A DNA stretch of 64,000 bases from the human T2T-CHM13v2.0 reference genome, Homo sapiens. The notes beneath the pieces are model-generated. The model worked only from the letters and a program-made list of their open reading frames with translations. It was not told where the DNA came from and ran no database searches. A program made the position numbers and the translations under genes. The stretch is taken from the NCBI RefSeq assembly GCF_009914755.1, contig NC_060947.1; one strand, given 5' to 3'. This document shows, in pieces, positions 29,177 to 47,076 of this stretch (within the stretch, counting starts at the first letter, position 1; each line of letters starts with the position of its first letter).

Positions 29177-29220
29177 ATTTTATTTTATTTTATTTTATTT
29201 TATTTTATTTTATTATTTTT
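29177..29220. repeat. (TTTTA)n microsatellite within L1PB
   Basis: About 8 units read directly. Confidence 0.9.
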
Positions 29221-30999
29221 GCAGCTTTTGTAAAAGTGGTTGAGTTCTTGAATTGATTCTCACCTTGGTATCTGTTGGTGTATAGCAGTGCTACTGATTT
29301 GAGTATATTAATTTTGTATCCTAAAACTTCTGAATTCATTTATCAGTTATATGAGCTTTTTGGATGAGTCTTTAGGGTTTTCTAGGTATAAAATCATATC
29401 ATCAGCAAACAGTGACAGTTTGACTTCCTCTTTACCAATTTGGATGCCCTTTATTTCTTTGTCTTGTCTGGTTTCTCTGGCTATGACTTCCAGCACTATA
29501 TTGAATAGAAGTGGTGGAAGTGGACATCTTTGTTTTATTCCAGTTCTTAGGGAAATGTTTATGTTTTTCCCTGTTCAGTATAATATTGGCTGTGGGTTTC
29601 TCATAGATAGCTTTTATTACATTAAATTATGTCCCTTCTATGCCGATTTTGCTGAGGGTTTTAATCATAAAGGATGCTGGATTTTGTCAAATGCTTTTTC
29701 TGCATCTATTGAGATGATCATGTGATTTTTGTTTTTAATTCTGTTTATGTGGTGTATCACATTTATTGACTTACTTATGTTAAACCAACCCTGCATACCT
29801 GATATGAAACCCACATGATCATGGTGCATTATCTTTTTATATGCTGATGGATTCAGTTAGCTAGTAGTTTATTGAGGATTTTTACATCTATGTTCATTAG
29901 GGATCTTGGTCTTTAGTTTTCTTTTTCTCCCATGTCCTTTCTTGGTTTTTGGTATTAGGGTGATACTGGTTTCGTAGACTGATATAATGAGGATTCCTTC
30001 TTATTCTATCTTGTGGAACAGTGTCAATAGGATTGGTACCAATTCTTCTTTGAATGTCTGATAGAATTCAGCTATAAATCCATTTGATCCTGGACTTCTT
30101 GATGTTGTTGTTGTTGGCAATTTTTATATCACCATTTCAATCTCACTGCTTGTTATTGGTCTGCTCAGTTTCTATTTCTGGTTTAATCCTGGTTTAATCT
30201 AGGAAGGTTTCATATTTTCAGGAATTTATCCATATCCTCTAGGTTTTCTAGTTTATGTGCATAAAGGTGTTCATAGTAACTTTGAATGGTCTCTTGTATT
30301 TCGGTGGTATTGGTTGTAATATCTTCCATTTTCTTTCTAACTGAGCTATTTGAATCTTCTCTCTTTTCTTTGTTAATTTCACTAATGGTTTTTCAATTTT
30401 ATTTATCTTTTCAAATACAAAGCTTTTTGTTTTATCTTTTGTATTTTTCTATTCTTCCTTTCACTTTCATTTAGTTCTGCTCTTATCTTTGTTATTTATT
30501 TTCTTCTGCTGGTTTGTGGTTTGGTTTGTTCTTGTTTCTCTAGTTCCTTGAAGTGTGACTTTAGATGGTCTATTTGTGCTCCTTCAGACTTTTGGATGTA
30601 AGTGTTTAAGGCTGTGAACTTTCCTCTTAGACATGTTCTGCTGTATCCCAGAGATTTTGATAGGTTGTGTCACTATTATCATTCAGTTCAAAGAATTTTT
30701 TTATTTCTATTTTGATTTTGCTGTTGACCCAAAGATCATTCAGAAGCAGGTTATTTAATTTCAATGTATTTTCATGCTTTCGAGAGTTTCTTTTGGAGTT
30801 GGGCTCCAATTGTATTCCACAGAGGTCTGAGAGAGTACTTGATATAATTTTGATTTTCTTAAATTTATTGAGACTTGTTTTGTGTCCTATCACATGGCCT
30901 ATCTTGGAGAATGTTCCTTATGCTGATGAATAGAATGTATATTCTGCAGTTATTGGGTAGAATGTCTGTAAATATCTATTACATCCATCTATTCTAGGG

Positions 31000-31229
31000 G
31001 CTCACCACAACCTCTGCTTCCCAGGATCAAGCAATTCTCCTGCCTCAGCCTCCTGAGTAGCTGGGATTACAGGCATGCACCACCACACCTGGCTAACTTT
31101 TTGTATTTTTAGTAGAGATGGGGTTTCATCATGTTGGCCAGGCTGGTCTCGAACTCCCAACCTATGTGATCCACCCGCCTCAGCCTCCCAAAGTGCTGAG
31201 ATTACAGGCATGAGCCACTGCCCCCAGCC
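31000..31229 (-). mobile_element. AluS lacking its 3' end and poly(A)
   Basis: Antisense Alu from GGCTCACCACAACCTC to TGAGCCACTGCCCCCAGCC; flanked by TCTAGGG (30993-30999, 31232-31238). Confidence 0.92.
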
Positions 31230-34200
31230 CCTCTAGGGTATAGTTTAAGTCCATTTTTTTGTTGTTGTTACTAATTGCTGTCTTTTTTTGTCGTTGTTAT
31301 TAACCTGCCTAGTGCAGTCGATGGAATATTGTAGTCCCCCACTCTTATCGTGTTGCTGTCTATTGCATTTCTTAGGTTCAGTAGTAATTGTTTTATGAAG
31401 TTGGGAGCTCCAGTATTAGGTGCATATATATTTAGAATTGTTATATTTCCTTGTTGAACAAGTCCTTTTATTATTATATAATCCCTCTTTGTCTCTTTTA
31501 ACTGCTGTTGCTTTAAAGTGTGTTTTTTTCTGATATAAGAACAGCTACTCCTACTGGCATTTGGTGTCCATTTGCATGGAAAATCTTTTTTCACTCCTTT
31601 CCCTCAAGTTTATATGAGTATTTATGTGTTAGGTGAGTATCTTGAAGATAGCAGATACTTGGTGAATTTTTAATCATCCTGCCATTCTGTAACTTTAAGT
31701 GGAGCATTTAGGCCACTTGCATTCAACATTAGCATTGAGATGTGAGGTACTATTCTATTCATTATGCTATTTGTTGCCTGAATATTTAGGATTATGTTCA
31801 CTGTGTTATTTTTATATATGTCCTGTTAGATTTATGCTTTAAGGAGGTTCTATTTTGGTTTATTTTGAGGTTTTGTTTCAAGACTTAGAGTTTGAAACAA
31901 AACAGCTGCTTTTAGCAGTTCTTGTAGTGCTGGCTTGCTAGTTGGTGAATTCTCTAAGCATTTGTGTGTCTGAAAAAGACTATATATTTTCTTATTTATG
32001 GAACTTAGTTTCTCTAGATGAAAAATTATTGGCTTATAATTGTTTTGTTTAAGGAGGCTAAAGGACCCCAATGTCTTCTGGTCTGTAGAGTTTCTGCTAT
32101 CTGATAGGTTTTCCTTTATAAGTTACCTGATGTTTTTGCCTCACAGCTCTTAAGATTCTTTTCTTCATCTTGACTTTAGATATTCTTTAGACTGTGTTCC
32201 TAGGTGATGATCTTTTTGTGATGAATTTCCCAGGTGTTCTTTAAGCTTCTTGTATTTGGAGGTCTAGATCTCTAGCAAGACTGGGGAAGTTTTCCTCAAT
32301 TATTTCCTCAAATATGTTTTTCAAACTTTTTGATTTCTCCCTCAAGAAGCAATTATTCTTAAATTTGGCCATTTAACATATCCCAGACTTTTTGGAGACT
32401 TTGTCTTTTTAAAATTTTTTTTTTTTGTCTTTGTAGGATTGTGTTAATTCAAAAGCCTTGTCTTCAAGCTCTGAATTTCTTTCTTCTACTTGTTTAACTC
32501 TATTGCTGAAACTTTCCAGGGCATTTGGCATTTCTGTAAGTGTGTCCTTCATTTCCAGAAGTTCTGATTGCTCTTTTATTTATGTTATGTATTCATTTGG
32601 AGATTGTTTTTGTCCATATCCTGTAACTTTTAAAAAATTTCTTTGAGTTGATATTTACCTTTCTCTGGTGCCTCCTTGAGTAGCTTAAAAGGCGACCTTC
32701 TGAATTCTTTTTCTGGCAATTCAGATATTTCTTCTTGGTTTGGATTCATTGCTGGTGAGCTAGCATGATCTTTTGGAGTGTTAAAGAACTTTTCTTTGTC
32801 ACATTACCAGAACTGTCCTGCCAGTTCCTTCTTATTTGGGTAGACTATGTCAGAGGGAGGACCTGGGGCTCAAGGGCTGCTGTTCAGATTATTTTGTCCC
32901 ATGGGGTGCTCCCCGGATGTGGGTGCTCAGGGATGTGGCTTCCTGAGAAGTGAACTGCAGTGATTGTTATTTTTCTTCTGGATGTAGGTGCCCAGCTACT
33001 TGGGAATGTCTGCAAAGAGACCTGTGATGTGATCCATCTTCAGGTCTCTCAACCTTGGATACTAGCACCTGTTCTGGTGGAGGTAGCAGGGGAGTGAAGT
33101 GGACTCTGTGAGGGTTCTTGGTTGTATTTTTGTTTATTGTGCTAGTTTTGTGTTGATTGGCCTCAAGCCAGGAGGTGGCGCTTTCAAGAAAGCATCAGCT
33201 GTGGTAGTATAGGGAGGACACAAGCTTGCCTAAGGTCACGAGGATAAGTTTCTCAGGCAGCAGGCAGCCCATAGAGCTCCCAAGCAATTATGTTCTTTGT
33301 CTTCAGCTACCAGGAAGGGTAGAAAAAGACCATTAGGTGTGGGCAGGGTTAGGTGTGTCTGAGTTCAGACTCCCCTTGGGCCAGGCTTGCTGAGGCTGCT
33401 GTGCGGGATTGGGGTGTGGCTCTTAGGCCAATAGAGGAATGTTTCTAGGGGAATTATGACTGCCTCTGCTGCATAATGCAGGCTGCCAGGGAAGTGGGGG
33501 AAAGCCAGCAGTTACAGGCCTCACCCAGCTCCCATGCAGCCCAAAAGGCTGGTCTCACTCCCACTATGCCCCCACCATCAGCACCCAGTTTACTCCCAGG
33601 CAGCTGGTGTGCAGGGCTGAGGACTTGCCCCAGGCTTCAGGTCTCCCTACTGTGAAAGCAAGCAGGGCCTTTAGGTTTCATGCCTCCCCACCAGCCACAA
33701 CTTCTGTGCTGTGATTTCACTCCCCAGTTAACCCTCTCCCCCAGATTATGTCGAGGAAACTTTGTGTTCTGTCAAAATTGTTACAAAGTTCAGTTGGAGG
33801 TTTCCTTCTCCCTGTGGTCTTTCCCCAATTCCACTGGCGGCCTTACCCAAGGATCCTTGTGAGATAAAGTCAGAAATGGCTTTCCCAGAAACCAAGAATG
33901 CCAACAGGCCTCGTCCCACAGCTTTCTCTATCCCTGTATTTTGCTCAGCTCTCTAAGTTCATCTCAGCTCCAGGTAAAGTCAAATCCTTCTCCCATGATG
34001 TGGACATTAAGGTTCCCCAGTGAGGATGTTTGTTTAGGGGCAGACGATCCACCTTTCACATTTTCACGCTTTGGGCACTCAGAGTTTTTCGGCCATTTCC
34101 TGGAGCCTGAAGTAGCAATTCACTTCTTTCAAAGGGTCTGTGGATTCCTTTGGCTTTCCTGGTATGGTCCTGCTGTGGTTCTTCAAGCAAAAGTTTTGGA

Positions 34201-35515
34201 TATGGGTCTCCACACGCCGCTCTGTCCATGTAAGTGGGAGCTGTAAGTTAGTCCTTCCTCCTACCCACCATTTTCCCAAAGATCCAGCCTCTGAGATTTT
34301 GTTATTTATATCTTTCCTTTATGAAACTATCACTGTCTAGTTCTTCAGAAGAAGAAGTTCGTAAATTTATTCCTTTGTTGTGTTATTCAATAAGCCTGGT
34401 ACAAATTTTAGGTATAAGTTCCAGTCAGACATATCAGTTTTGAACCATAAAATCATGGCACTTGTGTATTTTTTTAGTAGTTTTACAGCATGCAACAAAA
34501 TATCTGTTACCAATGATAGCTGAAGTGCCAGTATTTTGAAATAATTTTCTGTCTATTCCATTGAATTCTGCATTTTCCCCATAATGTCACTTTTAGTTAT
34601 TTGCAACCCGCCATTGTAACTGATATGCCTTTAATAAGAATAGAAAATATATATTATACTGCCTCATTTTGCACAAAATTAAGCATTTTCTTATTTGCTA
34701 AAATCTTATCACATTCATGACAATATGACAAGATGGTCAATAGCATGCCATCAGTATTACGGTAGAAAAAATTAGCAAATATCCAGTCTTAGCTCATAAA
34801 TATGCAAGCAGCTAGGGACTTCTTTTTTGTCTCCACATAAAGTATATTTTTTGATATCCTGATAGTTATTGCAAATCATATACCCCAAATCAAAATAGTC
34901 TTGAGTATATTCAGGATGCTAAATGTAGCGAGTAAATTTTCCTGTGTTCCTTACATAGACTTGGTAGTATCAGCAATCAGTCACCACATCGCTCTATCTG
35001 CTGGTAGGTGGCTGTCATAAGAAAATACCTTAGGTGATTACAAACTCTTACAGTCTCCTCCTTTTCCATGTATTTTTCCTAGTTTTCAGGTCTATATGTA
35101 ATAGTGCTTATCAAATAATTTCAGTCTGTCTATATTCAAATTGCCATTTCTGTGGTCTTTTGAACCACAGCACACAATCCTGTCACCAGTGATTCCACAT
35201 GTTAGAAGTCCATATTTTATAACAGACAGCGTATTACATGTCACACTATATGAATGACCTTGTGCTTCTCTCTCAAAGTGGAAAGTCTATATAGCAGTTA
35301 TTACTTGGTGAAGTCCCTGGAATTGCTTGCCTCTATCCACAGTTTGCCAGAGACCTTTGAATTTCTAGGGTTTTTTCACCATATTTTAAATGTATCTCAG
35401 GGAATTAGGCTGTTGTGTGTCAGTATTAGGTTTAGCCACAGCACACTGGATTACTAGAACACCTATTTCAGCCTCTGCTGCCTAGAAATTCCAAATGAAA
35501 AATTCCTTAAACCTA

Positions 35516-35761
<246 letters not shown>

Positions 35762-38269
35762 TTAGTTTTAATGGAGTTATACAGTAATTTAAAGTGTCAC
35801 CACAGAACAAGAGCTTCATTCCAAGAATGAAATCACATAATTTCCAGTCATTTAATAATATATTCCATAGAATAATGCTTTTAAAAAAATGTGAAATGCT
35901 CTTTTTTATGTTATAATTTAAACTTGATTGGCTACTTATTCTTTATGTTAACATTTCTGCTTACTGCTAGTGAATTTTTGCTAGAAAATTATACCAATGA
36001 TCCAAATGAAACACACCGATTGAATCATGATAAACAAAATGAAAAAAAAAAACTAAGGAAAATCATATCTGGCTGCATTACACTGCTTATCCAAAACTAG
36101 AGAATAAGCCATTTCAAGCAACACCTTTGAAGAGTCACATAGTATGAATTTGTATATGTTAGTATGTAGATGTATACACATGTTCACATACACTCAGGAT
36201 GCAGTTGACCTGACTATGAATGGGGGCATAGATAAAACTTATGAAAATTGTCCTCATGCCAAATTGTAATTTTCAATTTCCTGTAAAGTAAAATTTATAT
36301 CCCTCCCATGACCTTGTTAAATAAATTTATGAACAGTACTACACTAAATCTAGAACTTATTTCCACCTAGGTCAAAACAAATGTAAATTGTGTACCTTAT
36401 TTTGAATATCATGAATGTGATATAAATTTACACTTCAGGAAGCAATATCATTGGAATTATGTCGATTATAACTCATTTTAACAAGACAAACCTGCATACA
36501 ATCACTTGAGTATTATTTTTTTAGGACTACACTTATATTCTTCTCACAAAAGGTCTATAAAATATGGTATTTAAAACTATTTGTAATAAAATGTTTTGAA
36601 AATTAGAAACTTCTCTTTAACATGTATGGATATTTACTTGAATTATCATTTCCTAAAATCAAGAGCTCTCTGCCTACCTGTAAATCTGTTCAACATCATT
36701 AAACTTCTGTTTGTATTATTATTTTTGTTTACTTATAGCTTAGTTTTTTTTTTTACCTAGTTTATCTTTATAAGAATGACATCAGTGTGCATGCTTTTAT
36801 ATTATTCAGAACATGGTATGTTTGCATGAATGTAAAAAAATGAAATAGTTTACTGTAAAAAAAATAAATAAATAAAAAGAGGAGAGGAGACAGAGCAAGA
36901 TGGCCAAATAAAAGCCTCTGCCAATTATCCTCTCCTCTGGAAGACTAAATTTAACAGCTAATTACACACACACAAAAAGCACCTTCATAAGAACCAAAAC
37001 ATCGGGTGAGCAATCCATACCTAGTTTTAACTTCATATCATTGAAAAAGGCATTGATGAGGGTAGGAAAGACCGTCTTAAATTTCTGACACCAACCCTGT
37101 TTCATCACCCTGTCAGTAGCTGGCAGTGTAGCATGGAGAAAGAATCTGTGCACTTGGGGGAGGGACAGCACAGCAATTGTGGGACTTTGCACTTCAACAC
37201 AGTACTGTCAACAGCAAGCAGAACTCAGCTGGTGCTCATGGAAGGAGCATTTAGGCCAGCCCTAGCCGGAGGGGAATTGCTTATCCCGGTGGTCGGAGCT
37301 TGAGTTTCAACAAGCATTGGCACCTTGGGTCAAACTTCAAAGGCAGTCTAGGCCATGAGGACTGCAACTCCTAGTCAAGCCCTAGTGCTATACTGGGCTT
37401 GGAGCCAGTGGACTTGGAGGGCACATGACCTAGTAAGATACAAATCCAGATGGCTAAGAAAGTGTTTGTGTCACCCCTCCCCCAACTCTGAGCAGCACAT
37501 CTCCCAGCTCTTAAGGAGACCCCTTCCTTCCACTTGAGGAGAGGAGAGGGAAGAGTAGAAAGGACTTTATCTTGCAATGTGTATGTCAGCACAACCACAG
37601 TAGGATAGGGCACTGGGCAGCGTCATGAGGCCCCCATTTCAAGCTATAGCTCCAAGATGACATTTCTAGACCCACCCTGGGCCAGAAGGAGACCCACTTC
37701 CTTGAAGAGAAGGACCCAGTCCTGGCAGGATTCATCAGCAGCTCACTAAAGAGTCTTGGGCCCTGAGTAATCAGCAGTGATACTTAGGTAGTATGTCATG
37801 GGCCTTGGATGAGACTCTCAAATATGCTGGCTTCGGGTGTGACCCACAATATTCATAGCTGTAGTGTCTATAAGGAGAGACCCCTTCTGCTTGAGAAAAG
37901 CAGAGAGAAGATTAATGAGTACTTTCTCTTCAGCTCAATTACAGGCCTCCACTCTTACATGGAATCTCTGGATCTACCCTGGGCCAGAGGGGAGAACACT
38001 GCCCTGAAGGGTGAGTTCCAGGCCTGGAATCATTCACCAGAATTGAATGAAGTGGCAATGGGTGTTAAGTGAACTGAACACACATTGAAAAGCCATTGAG
38101 TATTAAGTGAACATCAGCAGTACCTTGGCTGTACTCCCTGTAGGACTGTGGTGGTGGTGGACCTGAGAAGAGACTCCTCTGCCTGGAGAAAGGGAAGGAA
38201 ATAGTAGAAAGCACCTTGTCTGGTGGCTTCAGTTTCAGCTCATCTGCAATAGAATACAGTACCAGGTAA

Positions 38270-39690
<1,421 letters not shown>

Positions 39691-42104
39691 AGCACCAGGT
39701 AGATTTCTAAGGTTTCTGACTTCAGGCCTGTTTCAATGACAGCATTTCTGGACCTGCCTGGAGGCTAGGGGAAGTCATTGCCCTTAAGGCAAAGACACAA
39801 GCCTATCTGGCTTCACCACCTGCTGACTGCAGAGCCCTACTGCTTTGACCAGGCAGAGGTGGTATCCAGGTAGTGGTTACAACAGACTTTGGGCAAGACT
39901 TAGTGCTATGCTGGCTTCAAGTCTGACTGAGTACAGTCCCAGCGGTGGCGGCCACAAGGGTGATTATGTCACCCCTCCCACAGTTCCAGGCAGCTCAGCA
40001 CAGAGAGAAAGACTCTGTTTGAGAGAATGTGAGAGAAGAGAACAAAAGCCTATGCCTGGCAATCCAGATAATTCTTCTGGATCTTATCCAAGACTACTAA
40101 GGCAGTACCTCTACGAGTCTGCAAAAACCATAGTGTTACTGAGCTTGGGGTACCACACAATGCAGATATGGCTGCAGTGACCAAAAATTTAGATCACAAA
40201 ACTCAAGTGCCTTTGAATAACTGAAAAATTTTCCCAAAAAGGACGAGTACACACAAGCCCGGATTGTAAAGACTGCCATAAATACCTAACTCTTCAATAC
40301 CTAGACACCAAGGAACACGCACAAGCATCAAGACCACAAAGGAAAATATTACCTTACCAAAAGAAATAAATAAGTTACCAGAGAACAATCATGGAGAGAC
40401 AGAGATACATTATCTTTTAGACAGAGAATTCAAAATAGCTGTTTTGAGGAAACTCAAAGAAATTCAAGGTAACACAGAGAAGGAATTCAGAATCCTATTA
40501 TACAAATTTAACAGGTTGAACTAATTAAAAATAAACAAAGAATCAAGCATACATTTTGGAGTTGAAAAATGCAATTCACATACTGAAGAGCATCAGAGTA
40601 TTTTAACAGCAGAACTGATCAAGCAGAAGAAGATATTGGTGAGATTTGAGACATGTTATTGGAAAATAGAAAATCAGAAGAGTCAAAAGAAAAAATAAGA
40701 AAAAGCAATGATTCATGCCTACAAAATCTAGAAAATTGCCTGAAAATGGCAAATCTAAGAATTATTGGCCTTAAAGTGGAGATAAGAATGAAAAGTTTAT
40801 TCAAAGATGTCAGTATTCGAGTACAAACACCAAGAAGATTTATCCCAAAGAAGACTACCTCAAGGCATTTATAATCATCAAACTGTGAAATGTCAATGAT
40901 AAAGATAGAATCCTAAACGCAGCAAGAGAAAAGCCACAAATAACATACAATGGAGATTCAATATGTCTGGTAGCAGACTTTTCAGTGGAAACTTTACAGG
41001 CCAGGAGAGAGTGGCATGACATATTTAAAATTCTGAGGGAAAAATCTACTAACCTATAATAGTATATTGAGTAAAAATGTTCTTAAAACATGAATAAGAA
41101 ATAAAGATTTTTCTCAAAAAATATGGAGGGATTTTATCAACATGAGACTTGTCAAAAAAAGTCTAAAGGGAGTTTTTCCATCTAAAAGTAAAGGAAGTTA
41201 ATGGGCAATAAGAAATCATTTGGAAGGTACAAAACTTACTGGTAATATTTAGTACACAGGAAAACACAGAATAACACTGTAATTGTGAAGTGTAAACTAG
41301 TCATATCTTAAGTAGAAAGTTGAAAAGATAAACCCATACAAATTATAACTACAACAACTTTTCAATACATAGATAGTACAATAAGATGTAAATATAAACA
41401 ACAAAAAGTTAAAAAGCAGGGGACAATGTTAAAGTGTAGAATTTTTATTACTTTTCCTTTTGCTTCTAAGTTAGTTTTTGCAGTCAGCATAAAGTTGTCA
41501 TCAGTTTAAAATAATGGGTTACAATATACTATTTGCAAGCCTCATGGTAACCTCAAATCTAAAACCACACAACAAACACACAAAAAATAAAAAGTAAGAA
41601 CATAAGACACACCACCAGAGAAAATCACCTTCGCTAAAAGGAAGACAGGAAAGAAGGAAAGAAGGAATAGAGAACCACAAAACAACAAGAGAACAAATAA
41701 CAAAATGCCTGGAGTAAGTCCTTACCTATCAATAATAACATTAAATGTAAATGGACTAAATGTTTCAATTACAAGATATAGGGTGCCTGAATGCATAAAA
41801 TAAAATACTCAATAATCCGTTGCTTACAAAAAAACACACTTCACCTATAAAGGCATATGTAGACTGAAAATAAAGGGATAGAAAAGATACTGCATGCTAA
41901 TGAAAACCAAAAAAGATACAGGAGTAGCTGTACTTACACAAAATAGACTTCAATACAAAAACTATAAGAAGAGACAAAGAAGGTCAGTATATAATGATAA
42001 AGGCATCAATTTAGAAAGAGGATATAACAATTGTAAATATATATATGTACTAAACACTGGAACACACAGATATATAAAGCAAATATTATTAGAGCTAAAG
42101 AGAA

Positions 42105-42636
42105 TGTGACGGTTAATGTTGAATGTCAACTTGATTGGATTGAAAGACGAAAAGTATTGTTCCTGGGTGTCCCTGTGAGGGTGTTGCCAAAGGAAATTAA
42201 CATTTGAGTCAGTGGGCTGGGAGAGGCAGACCCACCCTCAATCTGGGTGGGCACCATCTAATCAGCTGCCAGCATAAAAGCAGGCATGGAAAGTACAGAC
42301 TTACTGAGTCTTCTGGACTCCATCTTTCTCCCATGCTGGATGCTTCCTGCCCTCAAACATCAGACTCCAAGTTCTTCAGCTTTTGGACTCTTGGACTTAC
42401 ACCAGTGATTTGCCAGGAGCTCTTGAGCCTTTGGCCACAGACTGAGGGCTGCACTATCAGCTTCCCTACTTTTGAGGTTTTGGGACTCGGATTATCTTCC
42501 AGGCTCCTCAGCCTGCAGACGGCCTATTATGGGACTTTACCTTGTGATCGTGTGAGTCAATTATCCCAATAAACTCCCCTTCATATATTCATCTATCGTA
42601 TTAGTTTTGTCCGTTTAGAGAACCCTGGTAAATACA
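42105..42636 (+). mobile_element. MLT2A (HERV-L) solo LTR
   Basis: TGTGACGGTTAATGTTGAATGTCAACTTGATTGGATTGAA…GAGAACCCTGGTAAATACA; TSD GAGAA / GAGAG. Confidence 0.92.
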
Positions 42637-43892
42637 GAGAGAGGTAGACCTGAATACAGTAACAGCTGGAGACATCAACATCCCATTTTCAGCATTGGAC
42701 AGATCATCCAAACAGAAAATAAATGAAGAAACATGAACTTAATTTGCACCATACAAAATAGACCTATTAGCTATTTTCAGAATATTTCATATAATGGTGG
42801 CAGAATATACATTCTTCTCCTCAGTACGTGGATCATTCTCAAACACAGACCATATGATAGGTCACAAAACAAGTCTTAAAACATTCAAAACCTTTAAATG
42901 GTATCAAGCATCTTATCTTACTGTAATGGAATAAAACTAGACATTAATAATAAGAGGAATTTTGGAACCTATACAAATACATAGAAATTAAACAATATGC
43001 TCCTGAATGGCCAGTGGGTCAATGAATAAATTAATAAAGATATTAATAAATCTCTTGAAACGAATAATAATGAAAACACAACATACTAAAACCTATGGGG
43101 TACAGAAAAGCAATACTAAGATGGGAGTTTGTATCTATAAGTTCTTACATCAAAAAAGAAGAAAAACATAAAATAAACAGCCTAATGATGCATCTCAAAG
43201 AACTAGAAAAGCAAGAGCAAACCAAAACCAAAGTTAGTAGAAGAAATAATAAAAATCAGAGCAGAAAGAAAAGAAATGGAAATGAATAAAATAACACAAA
43301 AAATCAACGAAACAAAATGCTGATTTTTTGAAAAGACAAACAAATTTGATGAAACTTTACTCAGACTAAGAAAAAAAGAGAGAAGATCCAAAGAAATAAA
43401 ATCAGAGATTAAAAAAATATATATTGCAACTGACACCACAGAAATTCAAAGAAGTAGCAGTGGCTATTATGTTCCACTATATAGCAATAAATTAGAAAAC
43501 CTAGAGATAGATATATTCCTAGACACATACAACCTACCAAGATTAAACCATAAAGAAATCTAAAACATAAACAGACCAATAATAAATGACAAGATCAAAT
43601 TTGTAATAAAAATTCTCCCAGCCAAAAAAAAAAAAAAAAAAGCCTGGAATTCTATGGCTTCATTGCTGAATTAAACAAAAAATTTAAAAAAACCGATACC
43701 AGTCATAGTAAAACTGTTCCAAAAAATAGTAGAGGAGGGTGTACATCCAAACTTTTTCTATGAGCCCACTATTACCCTGATACCCAAATCAGACAAAGAC
43801 ACATCAAACAAAGAAAACTGCAGGTCAGTATCCCTGATGAACATTGATACAAAAATCCTGAAGAAAATACTAGCAAACCAATTTAACAAAAC

Positions 43893-44195
43893 ATGAAACT
43901 GGAAACCCTCATTCTCGGCAAAGTAACACAAAAAGAGAAAACCAAACACCACATGTTCTCACTCATAAGTGGGAGTTGAACAATGAGAACACATGGACAC
44001 AGGGAGGGAAACATCACACACCAGGGCCTGTTGGGGGGTGGAGGCCTGGGGGAGGGATAGCATTAGGAGAAATACCTAATGTAAATGATGAGTTGATGGG
44101 TGCAGCACATGTATACCTATGTAACAAACGTGCACATTGTGCACATGTACCCCAGAACTTAAAGTATAATAATATAAAATAAAATAAAATAAAAA
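43893..44195 (+). mobile_element. Short 5'-truncated L1PA (L1PA7/8-like) 3' end
   Basis: 3'UTR GGGAGGGATAGCATTAGGAGAAATACCTAATGTAAATGATGAGTTGATGGG and an A-rich tail; interrupts the host ORF2. Confidence 0.9.
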
Positions 44196-45040
44196 GATTA
44201 TCTATCATGGCCAAGTGGGATTTTTCCCAAGGATGCAAGTATAGTTCAACATATGCAAATCAATGAATATGATACAACATGCCAACAGAATGAAGGACAA
44301 AAACCATATGATCATTTTAGTTGACACTAGAAACACATTTGATAAAATTCAATATCTCTTCATTATAAGAACCCTCAAAAAACTAGGAAGAGAAGGAACT
44401 TACCTAAACATAATAAAAGCCATATATGACACACCCACAGCTAGTATCATACTGAATGGAAAAAAAAAACCGCAAGTTTTTCCTATAAGATCTGAAACAT
44501 GACAAGAATACACATTTTCAACACTGTTATTCAGCATAGTTCTGAAAGTCCTAGATAGAGAAATTTCACAAGAGAAAAAATACAGGGCATCCAAATTGGA
44601 AAGAGAGACATTCTTATTTGTCAGTGATATGACCTTATATTTGGAAAAATCTAATTACCATGAAAAATCTTTTACCCTGATACCCCACTCAGACAAAGAC
44701 ACATCAAAGAAAGAAAACTACAGGCCAATATCCCTAATGAACATTGATGCAAAAATCTTCAAGGAAATACTAGCAAAACGAATTCAACAACACATTGAAA
44801 AGATCATCTATCATGACCAAGTGGCATTTTGACTTCATCAAAGACTATTATTAATAGTACATTTGCAGGATATAAAATCAACATACAAAAATCAATAGCA
44901 TTTCTACATGCCAACAATGAACAATCTGAAAAATAAATCAAGAAAGTAATCCCTTATACAATAGCTACAAATTAAATAAAATGCATAGGGCTTACCATAG
45001 TGAAAGTGAAAGATATCTACCATGAAAACTGATCAAAATT

Positions 45041-47076
<2,036 letters not shown>

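Larger units (their letters stand above)
27477..34280 (-). mobile_element. Near full-length L1PB (L1PB1/L1PBa-like), inactive
   Basis: L1PB-type 3' end (GGTTTTGGGGTAACAGGTGGTG…GATAAGTTCTT), continuous antisense ORF2, ORF1 and GC-richer 5'UTR (~32900-34280) ending GTTAGTCCTTCCTCCTACCCACCATTTTCCC; ORFs fragmented. Confidence 0.92.

Noticed and set aside
32900-34280. GC-richer region as a gene promoter or CpG island
   Set aside because: It is the CpG-depleted 5'UTR of the L1PB; the same applies to 36900-40200.
27455-34310. TSD for the full-length L1PB (GCCTTTGTAG vs GCCTCTGAG)
   Set aside because: Too degenerate to call with confidence.
42204-42572. 122-aa ORF
   Set aside because: It lies entirely within the MLT2A LTR and starts at a non-ATG codon.
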